A DNA stretch of 64,000 bases from an uncultured Pseudomonadota bacterium (lineage in GTDB: Bacteria; Pseudomonadota; Alphaproteobacteria; RF32; CAG-239). Shown piece by piece: positions 55,067 through 64,000 of the stretch (its first letter is position 1; every line of letters starts with the position of its first letter). The stretch is from contig CASFNK010000063.1 of NCBI GenBank assembly GCA_949295995.1, positions 73-64,072 of the forward strand, read 5' to 3'. Made by a program: the position numbers and the translations under genes. Below the pieces are notes generated by a model. That model was not told the DNA's origin. It made no database searches and worked only from the letters and a program-made list of their open reading frames with translations.

Positions 55067-56964
55067 GTAACTTAGGTTCGGTAAAAACGAATTTTACGGC
55101 AGGACAAGTCTCTATGGATTTGCTTGGTCGCGGGGATTTACGAGTTTATGCCAATGGAGCGAGACATCTGGAAAATGTTATTATCCACCCCACCGGAGGA
55201 GTATCTCGCCGAAGAGGACTGAAGTTCATCAGTAAGGTTGAAAAGCCAACACGATTACTTCCCTTTGAATTTAATACTGAACAAATATATTTGCTGTGTT
55301 TGACGGATAATAAACTACAAGTTCTAAAAGATGATAATGTCATAGCCGAACTTGAAACTCCTTGGGTTGGAGAACAATTATGGCAGTTAAACTATACACA
55401 AAGTGCAGATACGTTTTTGATAGTTCACCCCGATGTTCCGCCCAAACAAATTACACGAAACAACAATGAGGTTTGGCAAATAGAGGATTGGGAATATTAT
55501 AGCAAGGATAATATGATATATATGCCTTATTATAATTTTTACCAAAAAAAGCCGAAGTTAAAATCAAGTGCTATTAGTGGAAACGTAACCTTAACGGCAG
55601 ATGCAGACGTATGGTTGCCCACACATGTAGGATCTTATATTTCATACCAAAAAGGGCTAGCACAAATTACAGAAATTACCGATACAAAAGTAGCAAAGGC
55701 AAAAGTAGTTAAAAATTTTAGTACATATGCTGCGACTAATGATTGGTCGGAATCTGCGTTTTCGGAAGCCAGAGGTTGGCCAGTATCGGTAACCTTTCAT
55801 CAAAATCGAATGGTTATCGGAGGATCCAGAGATTTACCCAATAGATTATGGCTATCACAATCATCAGATTTATTTAATTTTGATTTGGGTGAAGCTTTGG
55901 ATGACGAGGCAATTGAATTTGGCATTTTATCTGATCAGGTAAATGCAATAAAGGCGGTAGTCTCATCAAGACACTTATTAGTATTTACGACCGGAGCAGA
56001 ATGGATGGTAACGGGCGAGCCGTTGACACCGGAGAAGATACAGCTTAAACGTCAAACCAATGTTGGTATTTATTCGGATAAAATTTTGGCACCTCAACAA
56101 ATTGATGGAGCCACGGTATTTGTTTCCAGAAGCGGCAAACAATTACGAGAATTTCTCTATACAGATGTTGAGCAAGCCTATCAAGCCAAGGATTTAACGA
56201 TTCTGTCCAACGATATTATTCAATCTCCGCAAGATATAGGTTTTGACCAAGACGAGTGTGTCTTATACATAGTTTTGGAAGATGGTAGTATTTCATGTTT
56301 AACGACTTATCGTACCGAAGAAGTAACCGCTTGGAGTAAACTGACGACAGCAGGAAAATTTTTATCCGTAGCGGTAATCGGAAATGACATCTATTTTTGT
56401 GTTCAACGTTCCAACGGGTATTTTTTAGAAAAGTTAGCAGATGATTATTATTCAGACTGCGCCATACGTTTAACATCGGAGATTGCACAAAGGGACTGGG
56501 GTGGACTTGACAATCTGGAAGGAGAAAAGGTTGTTGTGTTGGCTAATGGTTTTAGTTTAGGGGAATTTCAAGTTGAAGAGGGAGAGATCCATCTTTTAGA
56601 TGAAGCCACCGAAATTATGGTTGGAATACCTTATGAACACTGGATAGAACCGCTGCCTTATATGGTAGAAAGCGAGCGACCATATTCTCCAAAGGCATTG
56701 AGGGTAATACATGCTCGGTTTCGTATTATCAACAGTAAATCATTATGTATTGATATTGGCGGTGGATATTTTCAATATCCGCTAAAAAGAATACATAAGG
56801 ACCAAATTTTTGATGCGCCGCCGATGACCTATTCCGGAGACGTACAAGTAAGATCACTGGGTTGGATAAGAGACATGAATAAACCAATGTGGAGCATAAG
56901 AAGCAATGAGCCGTTGGCTTTTACGCTTTTATCCGCAGTAGTAGAAATAAAACTTAAAGAATAA
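55063..56964 (+). CDS. Tail tubular protein B / nozzle-like candidate
   Basis: 633 aa. FTAGQVSMDLLGRGDLRVYANGARHLENVIIHPTGGVSRRRG resembles the N-terminus of podoviral nozzle proteins I recall. Confidence 0.45.
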   Translation: MSNLGSVKTNFTAGQVSMDLLGRGDLRVYANGARHLENVIIHPTGGVSRRRGLKFISKVEKPTRLLPFEFNTEQIYLLCLTDNKLQVLKDDNVIAELETPWVGEQLWQLNYTQSADTFLIVHPDVPPKQITRNNNEVWQIEDWEYYSKDNMIYMPYYNFYQKKPKLKSSAISGNVTLTADADVWLPTHVGSYISYQKGLAQITEITDTKVAKAKVVKNFSTYAATNDWSESAFSEARGWPVSVTFHQNRMVIGGSRDLPNRLWLSQSSDLFNFDLGEALDDEAIEFGILSDQVNAIKAVVSSRHLLVFTTGAEWMVTGEPLTPEKIQLKRQTNVGIYSDKILAPQQIDGATVFVSRSGKQLREFLYTDVEQAYQAKDLTILSNDIIQSPQDIGFDQDECVLYIVLEDGSISCLTTYRTEEVTAWSKLTTAGKFLSVAVIGNDIYFCVQRSNGYFLEKLADDYYSDCAIRLTSEIAQRDWGGLDNLEGEKVVVLANGFSLGEFQVEEGEIHLLDEATEIMVGIPYEHWIEPLPYMVESERPYSPKALRVIHARFRIINSKSLCIDIGGGYFQYPLKRIHKDQIFDAPPMTYSGDVQVRSLGWIRDMNKPMWSIRSNEPLAFTLLSAVVEIKLKE

Positions 56965-56975
56965 AAGGAGGAACC

Positions 56976-57374
56976 ATGGGAGAATTAATGACTGCTCAAA
57001 ATGCAAGCAAGAGTACAAATATTATTCAAGAGGCGTATAATGTGGTAGAGGATAATAAAAATCTTCGAGATAATTATGAGTTGTCTCAAAATAAACTTTC
57101 GCATGATCAGTTGGCCAATCGCGAGAAGAAAAAAAATATATTAGAAGAAAACTTGGCAAAACGCAGAGCCAGAGTTGCCGCAATGGGAATGAGCGGAGAC
57201 GGTTCAGCATTGGCCGAGCAACAAAGAGAGGCTTATGAAGGATATAAGGATATAGCTGAAGATGACTATAATTATTACCACCAATATAAGACAAACAGAG
57301 TAAATACCAAATATAAAATTCGCAGTAATGCGGTCAATGGTATTTTTAACGCAACACAAAGTTTGTTAAAATAA
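56976..57374 (+). CDS. Hypothetical coiled-coil protein, last gene of the cluster
   Basis: 132 aa with RBS AAGGAGG, followed by a terminator. Confidence 0.5.
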   Translation: MGELMTAQNASKSTNIIQEAYNVVEDNKNLRDNYELSQNKLSHDQLANREKKKNILEENLAKRRARVAAMGMSGDGSALAEQQREAYEGYKDIAEDDYNYYHQYKTNRVNTKYKIRSNAVNGIFNATQSLLK

Positions 57375-57379
57375 GCGAA

Positions 57380-57418
57380 AACTCCGCCGGTTTAAACGGC
57401 GGAGTTAGCTATTTTTTT
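57380..57418 (+). terminator. Terminator closing the phage-like cluster
   Basis: Stem AACTCCGCCG/CGGCGGAGTT, then a T7 run 5 nt downstream. Confidence 0.7.
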
Positions 57419-57485
57419 ACACACAATTAAGAGAATTTTAAAAAAATAGGGGTAACTTCAAAAAAAATCAAAAAAAAGGCTTATA

Positions 57486-58184
57486 ATGAAAGGTGATATT
57501 ACGGAAGAAATAGTTCACGTTCGAGGTGTTCCGCAAAAGGTGATAGTTTTTTTGCATGGCTATATTGATAACTGTGAATGTCTGAATCATCGCATTGAAA
57601 CCTTTGCCGATAGCTTTGACAACACGGCATTTCATATTCCGGAAGCCCCGCTTTTGTGCGAAATCCATGAAGGAAAACGTCAATGGTTTTCTATGCACCG
57701 CTTTGATCCCAATGATGATCGTAAAACAGTTCCAAGCCTTGAAGAATGTCTGGACTTTTACGAAAGAATGACCCCGGGGTTTGAAGAAAGCAGTACAATT
57801 GTTCAACGTTATATTGATAATTGCCTAAATCTTTATGGTTTGGAATATAAAGATTTGTGTCTGTGTGGCTTTTCCCAAGGTGCAATGTTGGCAATATATA
57901 CGGCATTACGTATGCAAGAAAAAATTGCCGGTTGTGTTAGCTTTAGCGGCTTGCTGACAGCATCAAAATTTTTTGCCAAGCACAAACCGAATACGCCACC
58001 GTTTTTATTAATTCACGGTGCGGCAGATAATTTGGTACGCTACTCCGTAATGGAATATTCAAAAGAAAAGTTGGAAAGTTATGGAAGTGCTGTTCAAACC
58101 TATACTGTAACAGATGGTCAACACCGTATTACTGAAGATGGTTTACAAGTCGCTGCAAAATTTATAAAAGGCTGTTTTAAATAA
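57486..58184 (+). CDS. Phospholipase/carboxylesterase-family alpha/beta hydrolase
   Basis: 232 aa. FLHGY oxyanion region, nucleophile elbow GFSQGA, late HG..D. Confidence 0.8.
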   Translation: MKGDITEEIVHVRGVPQKVIVFLHGYIDNCECLNHRIETFADSFDNTAFHIPEAPLLCEIHEGKRQWFSMHRFDPNDDRKTVPSLEECLDFYERMTPGFEESSTIVQRYIDNCLNLYGLEYKDLCLCGFSQGAMLAIYTALRMQEKIAGCVSFSGLLTASKFFAKHKPNTPPFLLIHGAADNLVRYSVMEYSKEKLESYGSAVQTYTVTDGQHRITEDGLQVAAKFIKGCFK

Positions 58185-59214
58185 AAGGTTCGGCAATAAT
58201 TAAGCCACCGTTTCCAATAAGGTTATTTCCTCTGCGTTCAATTTTTAAGTCCGAACCGGAGCCAAAATTCCTCTCATAAATTTCCCCGTAATTGCCTATA
58301 TCACTCATGGAGTTTCGAAGCCAGTTTGGAGAAAGCCCGAATTTATTCCAAAGGCTGGGGTTATCTCCTAAGAGGTTTTGTAAAGATAAGTCTTTTGAGC
58401 CAATAAAAATATTTATATTTTTGGATGAGATATTATGCTCTTCAGAGAGTTTCAAAGCATTAAAAATCCATTTTGTAATAATTCGTAAGCTGTTATTGTC
58501 TTTTGCAACTAAAGCATAAATCGGCTTAATGGCAATTGGTTCAGGCAAAAGAATAACATCATCTTTTGTATTAAATCGCTTTTCTTTCATAGCTTGTAAA
58601 ACAAGAGCATTACCGGTTAGAAGTTGGCAACGGTTAAGTAAGAAGGCTTCTTCGGCACGTTTTTTTGTTTTAAAAGACAAAGGCTTAAAATCAAGTTTGT
58701 AAGTATCACTGTAATTTAACAGATTATGATAATCAATTGTGTCGCTAACCACGCAAACTTTTGCACCATGATAGGCTTCCATAGATTTTGCATCAGGAAT
58801 TTTTTTTGCTAAAAAAGTTTGTTGTTCATAATAGAGAATATCTACCGGCATAAATTTTGATGAGATTTCATCTTTAGCGGAGTAATTGCTGCCACTGAGC
58901 ATAATGTCAATTTTATTGGTAGCAAGAGCTTGCGCTACATTTTCAGGAGCAACATTGACCATCTGAAAGCGATCACCTCGGTTAAATATCCCGTAAGAAA
59001 TAGCTTTGCAAATATCCACATCAAAACCGTGCCAAAAGCCGTCTTCATCTTTGTTAGCAAAGGCTTTTGTTTGGATATCTGTCCCGCAACGCACGGTTCC
59101 TCTGGTTTGAATATAGCGCAAACCGGCGTCTTCAGCGGCAAAGACCACGTTAAAGGAGCTCACCAAAACACTTAAACAGACAAACAAGTGGCATAGTTTC
59201 ATTTTATTAACCAA
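58177..59214 (-). CDS. Periplasmic amino-acid ABC-transporter substrate-binding protein (AapJ-like)
   Basis: Signal peptide (MKLCHLFVCLSVLVSSFNVVFA) and a type-II SBP pattern RGTVRCGT...GFDVDICKAI. Confidence 0.78.
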   Translation of the reverse strand: MVNKMKLCHLFVCLSVLVSSFNVVFAAEDAGLRYIQTRGTVRCGTDIQTKAFANKDEDGFWHGFDVDICKAISYGIFNRGDRFQMVNVAPENVAQALATNKIDIMLSGSNYSAKDEISSKFMPVDILYYEQQTFLAKKIPDAKSMEAYHGAKVCVVSDTIDYHNLLNYSDTYKLDFKPLSFKTKKRAEEAFLLNRCQLLTGNALVLQAMKEKRFNTKDDVILLPEPIAIKPIYALVAKDNNSLRIITKWIFNALKLSEEHNISSKNINIFIGSKDLSLQNLLGDNPSLWNKFGLSPNWLRNSMSDIGNYGEIYERNFGSGSDLKIERRGNNLIGNGGLIIAEPFI

Positions 59215-59261
59215 TTTTTGTTAAACTACCAATAATTCAAAAATAATATAAGGCAATTTTT

Positions 59262-59939
59262 ATGAAAAGTAAGATTTTTTTGCGACTTATCACATTGAGT
59301 TTATGTTTAGGCTTAAGTCTGAAAGCCTATGCTGCAACCATTACTTCCAATGAAGCTAAGGTATGGACTGAGAGTAAAGGTAAAGAACTGTTGGATACAT
59401 TTGGACAAACAGATTTGGAGAAACGCTACCTCGCATTAGATAAAATGTTTTTGGAAGATATTGATTTGGATTATATTTCTAAATTTGTGGTCGGTAAATA
59501 TTGGCGCCAAATGAGTGCAGAGCAACAACAACGCTATCAGCAAATTTTTCAACGCTATGCTTTGAGTGTTTATAAGAGCTTTCCTCTGGATTTTGATACC
59601 TCAAAGATTAGTTTTGATATTTTATCGGTGAGGATAGAGCCTAATTATGCCAATGTTCGCGCCAATATTCATCTTAACCAACCATCTCAGACTTCTCAAA
59701 CACAAGAATTGCAAAATATCATTGTTGAGTTTCGCCTCAACAAGACCAATGGTAAATTAAGAATAGTTGATTTAAAATTAGGTGAAAGTAGCTTGATTCT
59801 CTCTTATCGTAGTCGTTTTTATGAAATGATAGCTCAAAGTGATAATGATATGGATTGGTTTTTGGAAGATTTAGAAACAATTACCCAATCAACCGAAACT
59901 CAAAACCATCAAAAATTAGAAGAACAACAATATTTGTAA
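59262..59939 (+). CDS. MlaC/Ttg2D-family phospholipid-binding periplasmic protein
   Basis: Signal peptide. YISKFVVGKYWRQMSAEQQQRYQQIF...YKSF and IVDLKLGESSLILSYRSRF match the MlaC family pattern. Confidence 0.72.
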   Translation: MKSKIFLRLITLSLCLGLSLKAYAATITSNEAKVWTESKGKELLDTFGQTDLEKRYLALDKMFLEDIDLDYISKFVVGKYWRQMSAEQQQRYQQIFQRYALSVYKSFPLDFDTSKISFDILSVRIEPNYANVRANIHLNQPSQTSQTQELQNIIVEFRLNKTNGKLRIVDLKLGESSLILSYRSRFYEMIAQSDNDMDWFLEDLETITQSTETQNHQKLEEQQYL

Positions 59940-59987
59940 AAAAAATACTCCTCAGAGAACTGAGGAGTATTTTTTTAAGTAACTTAT

Positions 59988-61478
59988 TTATTTTTTAGCA
60001 ACTTTAGCAGAAGAGTTTTGGGCAAACATAGTGGAATATGTTTTCTTAATTTCTGCAACTTGGGTCTTAAATTTCTTTAAGTTATTGCCTTTTAAGTTTT
60101 CGCCGGCGGCAGCTTTAATTTTAAGAGGGTTAACGCGTCTGCCGTTTTGAACAACTTCATAGTGCAAGTGAGGGCCGGTTGAGCGTCCCGTACTGCCGAC
60201 ATAGCCGATAACTTGTCCCTGTTTAACACGAACTCCCGGACGAATTCCTTTGGCAAATTTTTGCATGTGCCCATAGGCTGTAGAATATTCCGAGTTGTGG
60301 CGAATTTTAATGTAGTTTCCGTAGCCACCGTTATATTTAGCCACTTGAACCACACCATCACCACCGGCATAAATGGCAGTACCTTTAGGAGCGGCATAAT
60401 CTACACCCCAGTGAATAATGACTCTCTTTAAGATAGGATGTCGTCTTTTACCGAAAGGAGAGGAGATACGAGCATTTTGAAAAGCTAAAGGTTTACGGTG
60501 CAGTGTACGCTTCATCGCCAAACCTTTTTCGTTATAATAATCCACATTTCCTTTAGAGTCGGTAAAGCGATAGAGTTCCAATTTGTCTTTTCTTAAGATT
60601 AAGCCGGCATAAATGATATTTCCTGTTTTAACAACTTCACCGCTTGGAGTAATATGATTTTCATAAATCACCTCAAATTTATCACCATTTCTGACATCAC
60701 GTCTGAAATCAACGGCGGCACCGAACAAATTGCTGAACTTAGCAACAATTTTTCCGGGAACGCCTTGCTTGCGCATTGAAACGGAGAGAGAGCCTGAGAT
60801 TGTACCGGTTGCACTGTTAACTTCTTCAAGGAGTTCATCTTTTTCTGATTTTGCAATGTATTGATTTTGGTCATTTTTTTCCAAAATATAGCGATGACCG
60901 ACTTTAGGCTCAATCATCAAATAATCAAGCGAAATTAAGGCATTGGTTTGGGTATCTTGAGTGAGAGAGACATGAAGTTTTTGACCGATTCGTAAACTTT
61001 CTGGATTATAAATTTTTTTCAAAGTAGTATAGATTGAGTGAGCATCATTGTAAGACATTCCCAAATCGGTCAACAGAGAAATAAAAGTATCGCCTTTTTG
61101 AACAACGAGTTCTTTTTCCAAATGTTGTTCTTTTTCTTCAACTTCGACCATATCTTGAAGAGAGCGAATATTTTCAATTGATTTTGCAGGGTAGAGAGAA
61201 GGGGAAGTTTCTTGAAGCAAACTATCATCTAAAGCGTTTTCAAGAATGATGTAATTAATCGAATCGGTAGGAGCAATGGATGCGTTAACATTTGAGTTGT
61301 TTGTCAAAGACAAAATAAAAGCGACAGCAATAGCGCCGGCATAACCCAAAGCAATAACTTTGTGCTTATTACGGCGTTTTACAACCAAGCGAACATAGCG
61401 TAACTGAGAAAAACGATTTTTCAGAGACGTAACGATTCCTTTGACATCAATATTTTTATAGTTTTGAAACCAATTCAT
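59988..61478 (-). CDS. M23 (LytM-type) peptidoglycan endopeptidase with a LysM/OapA-like domain
   Basis: HWGVDYAAPKGTAIYAGGDG...GYGNYIKIRH...GHM...GSTGRSTGPHLH zinc-site motifs and an N-terminal TM helix. Confidence 0.85.
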   Translation of the reverse strand: MNWFQNYKNIDVKGIVTSLKNRFSQLRYVRLVVKRRNKHKVIALGYAGAIAVAFILSLTNNSNVNASIAPTDSINYIILENALDDSLLQETSPSLYPAKSIENIRSLQDMVEVEEKEQHLEKELVVQKGDTFISLLTDLGMSYNDAHSIYTTLKKIYNPESLRIGQKLHVSLTQDTQTNALISLDYLMIEPKVGHRYILEKNDQNQYIAKSEKDELLEEVNSATGTISGSLSVSMRKQGVPGKIVAKFSNLFGAAVDFRRDVRNGDKFEVIYENHITPSGEVVKTGNIIYAGLILRKDKLELYRFTDSKGNVDYYNEKGLAMKRTLHRKPLAFQNARISSPFGKRRHPILKRVIIHWGVDYAAPKGTAIYAGGDGVVQVAKYNGGYGNYIKIRHNSEYSTAYGHMQKFAKGIRPGVRVKQGQVIGYVGSTGRSTGPHLHYEVVQNGRRVNPLKIKAAAGENLKGNNLKKFKTQVAEIKKTYSTMFAQNSSAKVAKK

Positions 61479-61707
61479 AATATAATACCATTTAAGTTAA
61501 ACACAGTTATTGCGCCTAAAAAAACACCGCAACAATGAAACGAATATATTTGATTATATCAAAAACGCCAATATTTTTCTAGTCATAATGTGCATAAGTA
61601 CGTATATAAAACAGTAACTTAGGAAGTATTAAGAAAAAATTAAGAAAAAATATAAAAAAAGTACTTGCTTTTATTTTAAGAGTTGTTTATAAGATAAAAC
61701 GTCCCAT

Positions 61708-61784
61708 GGGGGTGTAGCTCAGTTGGTTAGAGCGCCTGCCTGTCACGCAGGAGGTCGCGAGTTCGAGCCTCGTCACTCCCGCCA
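61708..61784 (+). tRNA. tRNA-Asp (anticodon GTC)
   Basis: GGGGGTGTAGCTCAGTTGGTTAGAGCGCCTGCCTGTCACGCAGGAGGTCGCGAGTTCGAGCCTCGTCACTCCCGCCA. Cloverleaf with a 7-bp acceptor stem, anticodon loop CTGTCAC, and CCA encoded. Confidence 0.93.
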
Positions 61785-61787
61785 CTA

Positions 61788-61811
61788 AAAAGCCGTCGCA
61801 AGACGGCTTTT
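61788..61811 (+). terminator. Terminator after tRNA-Asp
   Basis: Stem AAAGCCGTC-GCAA-GACGGCTTT followed by T-rich sequence. Confidence 0.75.
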
Positions 61812-61856
61812 AGTTTTTTTGGGAAAAGAGGCGAGAAGGAGCGACCTCTTAAAACG

Positions 61857-61888
61857 AAAAAGGCGGAGAAATTTCTCCGCCTTTTTCT
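61857..61888. terminator. Bidirectional terminator after ORF 61890..62501
   Basis: A5, GGCGGAGAA/TTCTCCGCC, T5. Confidence 0.75.
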
Positions 61889-61889
61889 T

Positions 61890-62501
61890 TTAGAGTTCGT
61901 GAACCGCCTGATTAATTGGTTCAATCTTTCTCGATTTATTTTCAAAAGTTTGAAGAATATCAACTTCTCCCCAATAAAACCAATTCCCGACCTTAAGTGA
62001 AATTTCATCACCCTTTTGCGCGCCGAGAAGAGCCGGCATGAAATTGTGGCTGATATAAAAACAAACATACTCACCATTAGCCTGCGAGAGAATACAATAA
62101 TATACCCGCTGAGGGTACAAAGAACGCTCTTCCGGAAAAGCCAGAAAGAATATTTCCTCAAAGCAAACTTCCGCCTCGAAATAACTGCATTTATTATGCT
62201 GCATTTCTTGACGTCCGACATCTACCCATTGATGCGTAAGATTTTTGCATTCAATAACGCCCATCACTTGAGATTTTTCAAAAACGACCTCTAACTTGAG
62301 TGCAAGAATATCATTTTCTTTAGCCAAAGCAAATTGAGCAATATCATCAAAGCTCACCGCACAGCGGAAAAACTTATCATCTTGGGTTGCAATATCGCAA
62401 GCAAAAGGGTAGGAGGAATTTCCGACATGTTCAATCACAATTTTGCGAACACAAAGTTTCACTTCATATTCGTTACCTGACTTACAATAAGAAGTTTCCA
62501 T
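61890..62501 (-). CDS. Hypothetical Cys-rich protein (203 aa)
   Basis: Intact ORF with a terminator. No family recognised and no obvious RBS. Confidence 0.5.
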   Translation of the reverse strand: METSYCKSGNEYEVKLCVRKIVIEHVGNSSYPFACDIATQDDKFFRCAVSFDDIAQFALAKENDILALKLEVVFEKSQVMGVIECKNLTHQWVDVGRQEMQHNKCSYFEAEVCFEEIFFLAFPEERSLYPQRVYYCILSQANGEYVCFYISHNFMPALLGAQKGDEISLKVGNWFYWGEVDILQTFENKSRKIEPINQAVHEL

Positions 62502-62587
62502 AAATTAAAAAAATTTAAGTCCGACAATAATTTAATAAATATAGATTATTGCCTGTAAGCTATTGCAAAAAACACCGAACGTCAAGT

Positions 62588-62989
62588 CTATTCAAAAAAA
62601 GAGCTTTTGACCTCATTGATTGTGGGCCAAATATCTCCTTCTTTAGCACACTTAACGCCTAAGAAAATTTTTGTTTTGGCGGTAATACGGAATAAGTTTT
62701 TCAAATCCTGAAAATATTTGCGAACATAAAAATAATTTTCGGGCTTGAGTTCCCAAGATTCATTTTCTTTGATATCGTCTGATTGATAAACCACTAGTTT
62801 GTTATCTAAAAAATAACCACGCGGATAATTTTGCAAAACATGCGTGATTTGCTCTTTATCCAAACCCAGATTAGTTAAAATATCTCTGTGAGAAAAAGGT
62901 TGTCCGCTTTCGCCTAAGATAAGTCCCACCTCAGGGATAATGATAAAAGCACGGCGTTTCTCGTGATAAGCCTTAACGGATGGATTCAT
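62588..62989 (-). CDS. Hypothetical protein (about 133 aa)
   Basis: The ATG at 62989 is preceded by AGGAGAG (track start 63007). No family recognised. Confidence 0.55.
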   Translation of the reverse strand: MNPSVKAYHEKRRAFIIIPEVGLILGESGQPFSHRDILTNLGLDKEQITHVLQNYPRGYFLDNKLVVYQSDDIKENESWELKPENYFYVRKYFQDLKNLFRITAKTKIFLGVKCAKEGDIWPTINEVKSSFFE

Positions 62990-63096
62990 TTTTCTCTCCT
63001 TTAACATTCAAAATACAAGCCTCATTATAGCTAGAAGGTATTTAAACATTATTAACTTTCCCTATATAAAATAAGACCAACAGAAAGGAGAGGAAA

Positions 63097-63495
63097 ATGC
63101 CCTCAACAAATTTTGGAATAATAAAAAAACTCAAAAGCATCGTTCGCAAAACCGGAAATGTGTTTTTTCGAAACGGCAAAGACAAGGGAATAACGGAAGA
63201 AATCGCCCGTAAGATTCAAAGAACGGCTTACGAAGTTTCACAAACGCATCACAAAGAAACCTTTACTCCGCCTTATAAAGAAATAGCCACACAGTTACAG
63301 GTTCAAGATGAGGCAATCTATCGCGCGGCTATTTATCGTTTGGCAGACGTTGCTGTCAATGAAGACCGAATGGCACTTGATATTTTGGATATTTTAGAGC
63401 AAGAAATCAAAAAATCATCTAAAAGCAAGGAAGTTAAGGAATATATTCAACAAAAAATAGATTTTATTAAGCAGGTAAGAAAAGTAAAGCCATGA
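63097..63495 (+). CDS. Hypothetical basic/helical protein (132 aa)
   Basis: RBS AAAGGAGAGG. It overlaps the next ORF by 4 nt. Confidence 0.5.
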   Translation: MPSTNFGIIKKLKSIVRKTGNVFFRNGKDKGITEEIARKIQRTAYEVSQTHHKETFTPPYKEIATQLQVQDEAIYRAAIYRLADVAVNEDRMALDILDILEQEIKKSSKSKEVKEYIQQKIDFIKQVRKVKP

Positions 63496-63941
63496 GTGAA
63501 GATAGACCCAATGTTCCAGATGAATTAAAACCGGCACGTCCGAGCTGGTATAAAAGAATAATAATGACGGCGTTACGTTCACCACTGAGCACCATAATCA
63601 TTCTATTATTTTTATATTGCGGTGCACAAGCCTTTTTGCTGAACATTAATCCGACCGGCAATAAGTTATATATGCTTTGCTTAGTGTTTATCTGGATATT
63701 TTGGTATGTGGCTCGCACTTTATTTCAATTAATATTACTTGCTATTATTATTGCTTATGGTGTTTCTTTATATCACGATTATTCTACTCGCGAGATTTCG
63801 CAATGTGAAGCCTCAGGCGGGGAGTGGAATGAGCAAACCGAGCAATGCGAAGAAAAAACCGGTTTTTGGGCTGGCGTATTTAAGAGGTTTCATGATTTGG
63901 CGACTTATGCCGAAGAAGATGAGAAAAAAGCTCCCGAGTGA
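63492..63941 (+). CDS. Hypothetical membrane protein (149 aa)
   Basis: Three hydrophobic helices followed by an acidic, Cys-containing tail. It is coupled to the upstream ORF. Confidence 0.55.
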   Translation: MSEDRPNVPDELKPARPSWYKRIIMTALRSPLSTIIILLFLYCGAQAFLLNINPTGNKLYMLCLVFIWIFWYVARTLFQLILLAIIIAYGVSLYHDYSTREISQCEASGGEWNEQTEQCEEKTGFWAGVFKRFHDLATYAEEDEKKAPE

Positions 63942-64000
63942 TCTGTACCCCATAAATTGGACAAATAAAAAAAGTCCCGAGGAGGATTAAGTCAAGAGGG

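Larger units (their letters stand above)
46002..57420. mobile_element. Podovirus-like packaging, lysis, head and neck gene cluster (defective prophage or GTA-like locus) with adjacent repressor
   Basis: Contiguous co-oriented phage-type genes (terminase, SleB lysin, holin-like, portal-size, scaffold-like, capsid-size, adaptor and nozzle-size ORFs) are bounded by housekeeping genes. No integrase, replication or tail-fibre genes are present. Confidence 0.6.

Noticed and set aside
61727-62221. 164-aa ORF on the minus strand overlapping tRNA-Asp and two terminators
   Set aside because: It runs through a tRNA gene and two terminator hairpins and overlaps the better-supported ORF 61890..62501. It is an Arg/Ser/Phe-rich shadow frame.

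Overview
AT-rich (judged by eye, GC not computed) chromosomal segment that looks alphaproteobacterial. This is an inference from gene content: ChpT phosphotransferase, RpoH, a DUF4167-like protein next to prmC, TrmFO, HpnCDE and a 17-kDa-antigen-type lipoprotein. It may be an intracellular or symbiont-type lineage.

Most of the window is housekeeping: trpS, thyX, asnS, rpoH, prmC, clpB, trmFO-hpnCDE, a chpT/cheY-like/cheR-like cluster, an M48 protease, rne, an AMIN-amidase, mrcA, prfB (canonical +1 frameshift), an AsmA/YhdP-like giant protein, an MlaC-like protein, an M23 peptidase, tRNA-Glu and tRNA-Asp.

Two accessory regions stand out:
- About 5.7-11.2 kb: a very AT-rich array of single-gene cassettes ending at tRNA-Glu. 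Nearly all cassettes are on the tRNA strand. They are delimited by a family of related hairpins and two 92%-identical 75-bp promoter-like modules. The array includes a Tlde1/DUF2778-type L,D-transpeptidase-fold toxin with a candidate immunity gene.
- About 44.4-57.4 kb: a compact podovirus-like packaging, lysis, head and neck gene cluster. I found no integrase, replication, ejection or tail-fibre genes in or beside it. It sits next to a CI/LexA-like repressor that appears to lack the catalytic serine and is co-transcribed with two hexapeptide acyltransferases. Upstream of the cluster are a CtrA-type box and a promoter-leader-terminator unit. I consider this a candidate domesticated (GTA-like) particle locus; a decayed prophage is the alternative.

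All product calls rest on motifs recognised by eye in the supplied translations, and no database search was run. Coordinates I derived myself (RNAs, hairpins, motifs, revised starts) may be off by 1-2 nt.
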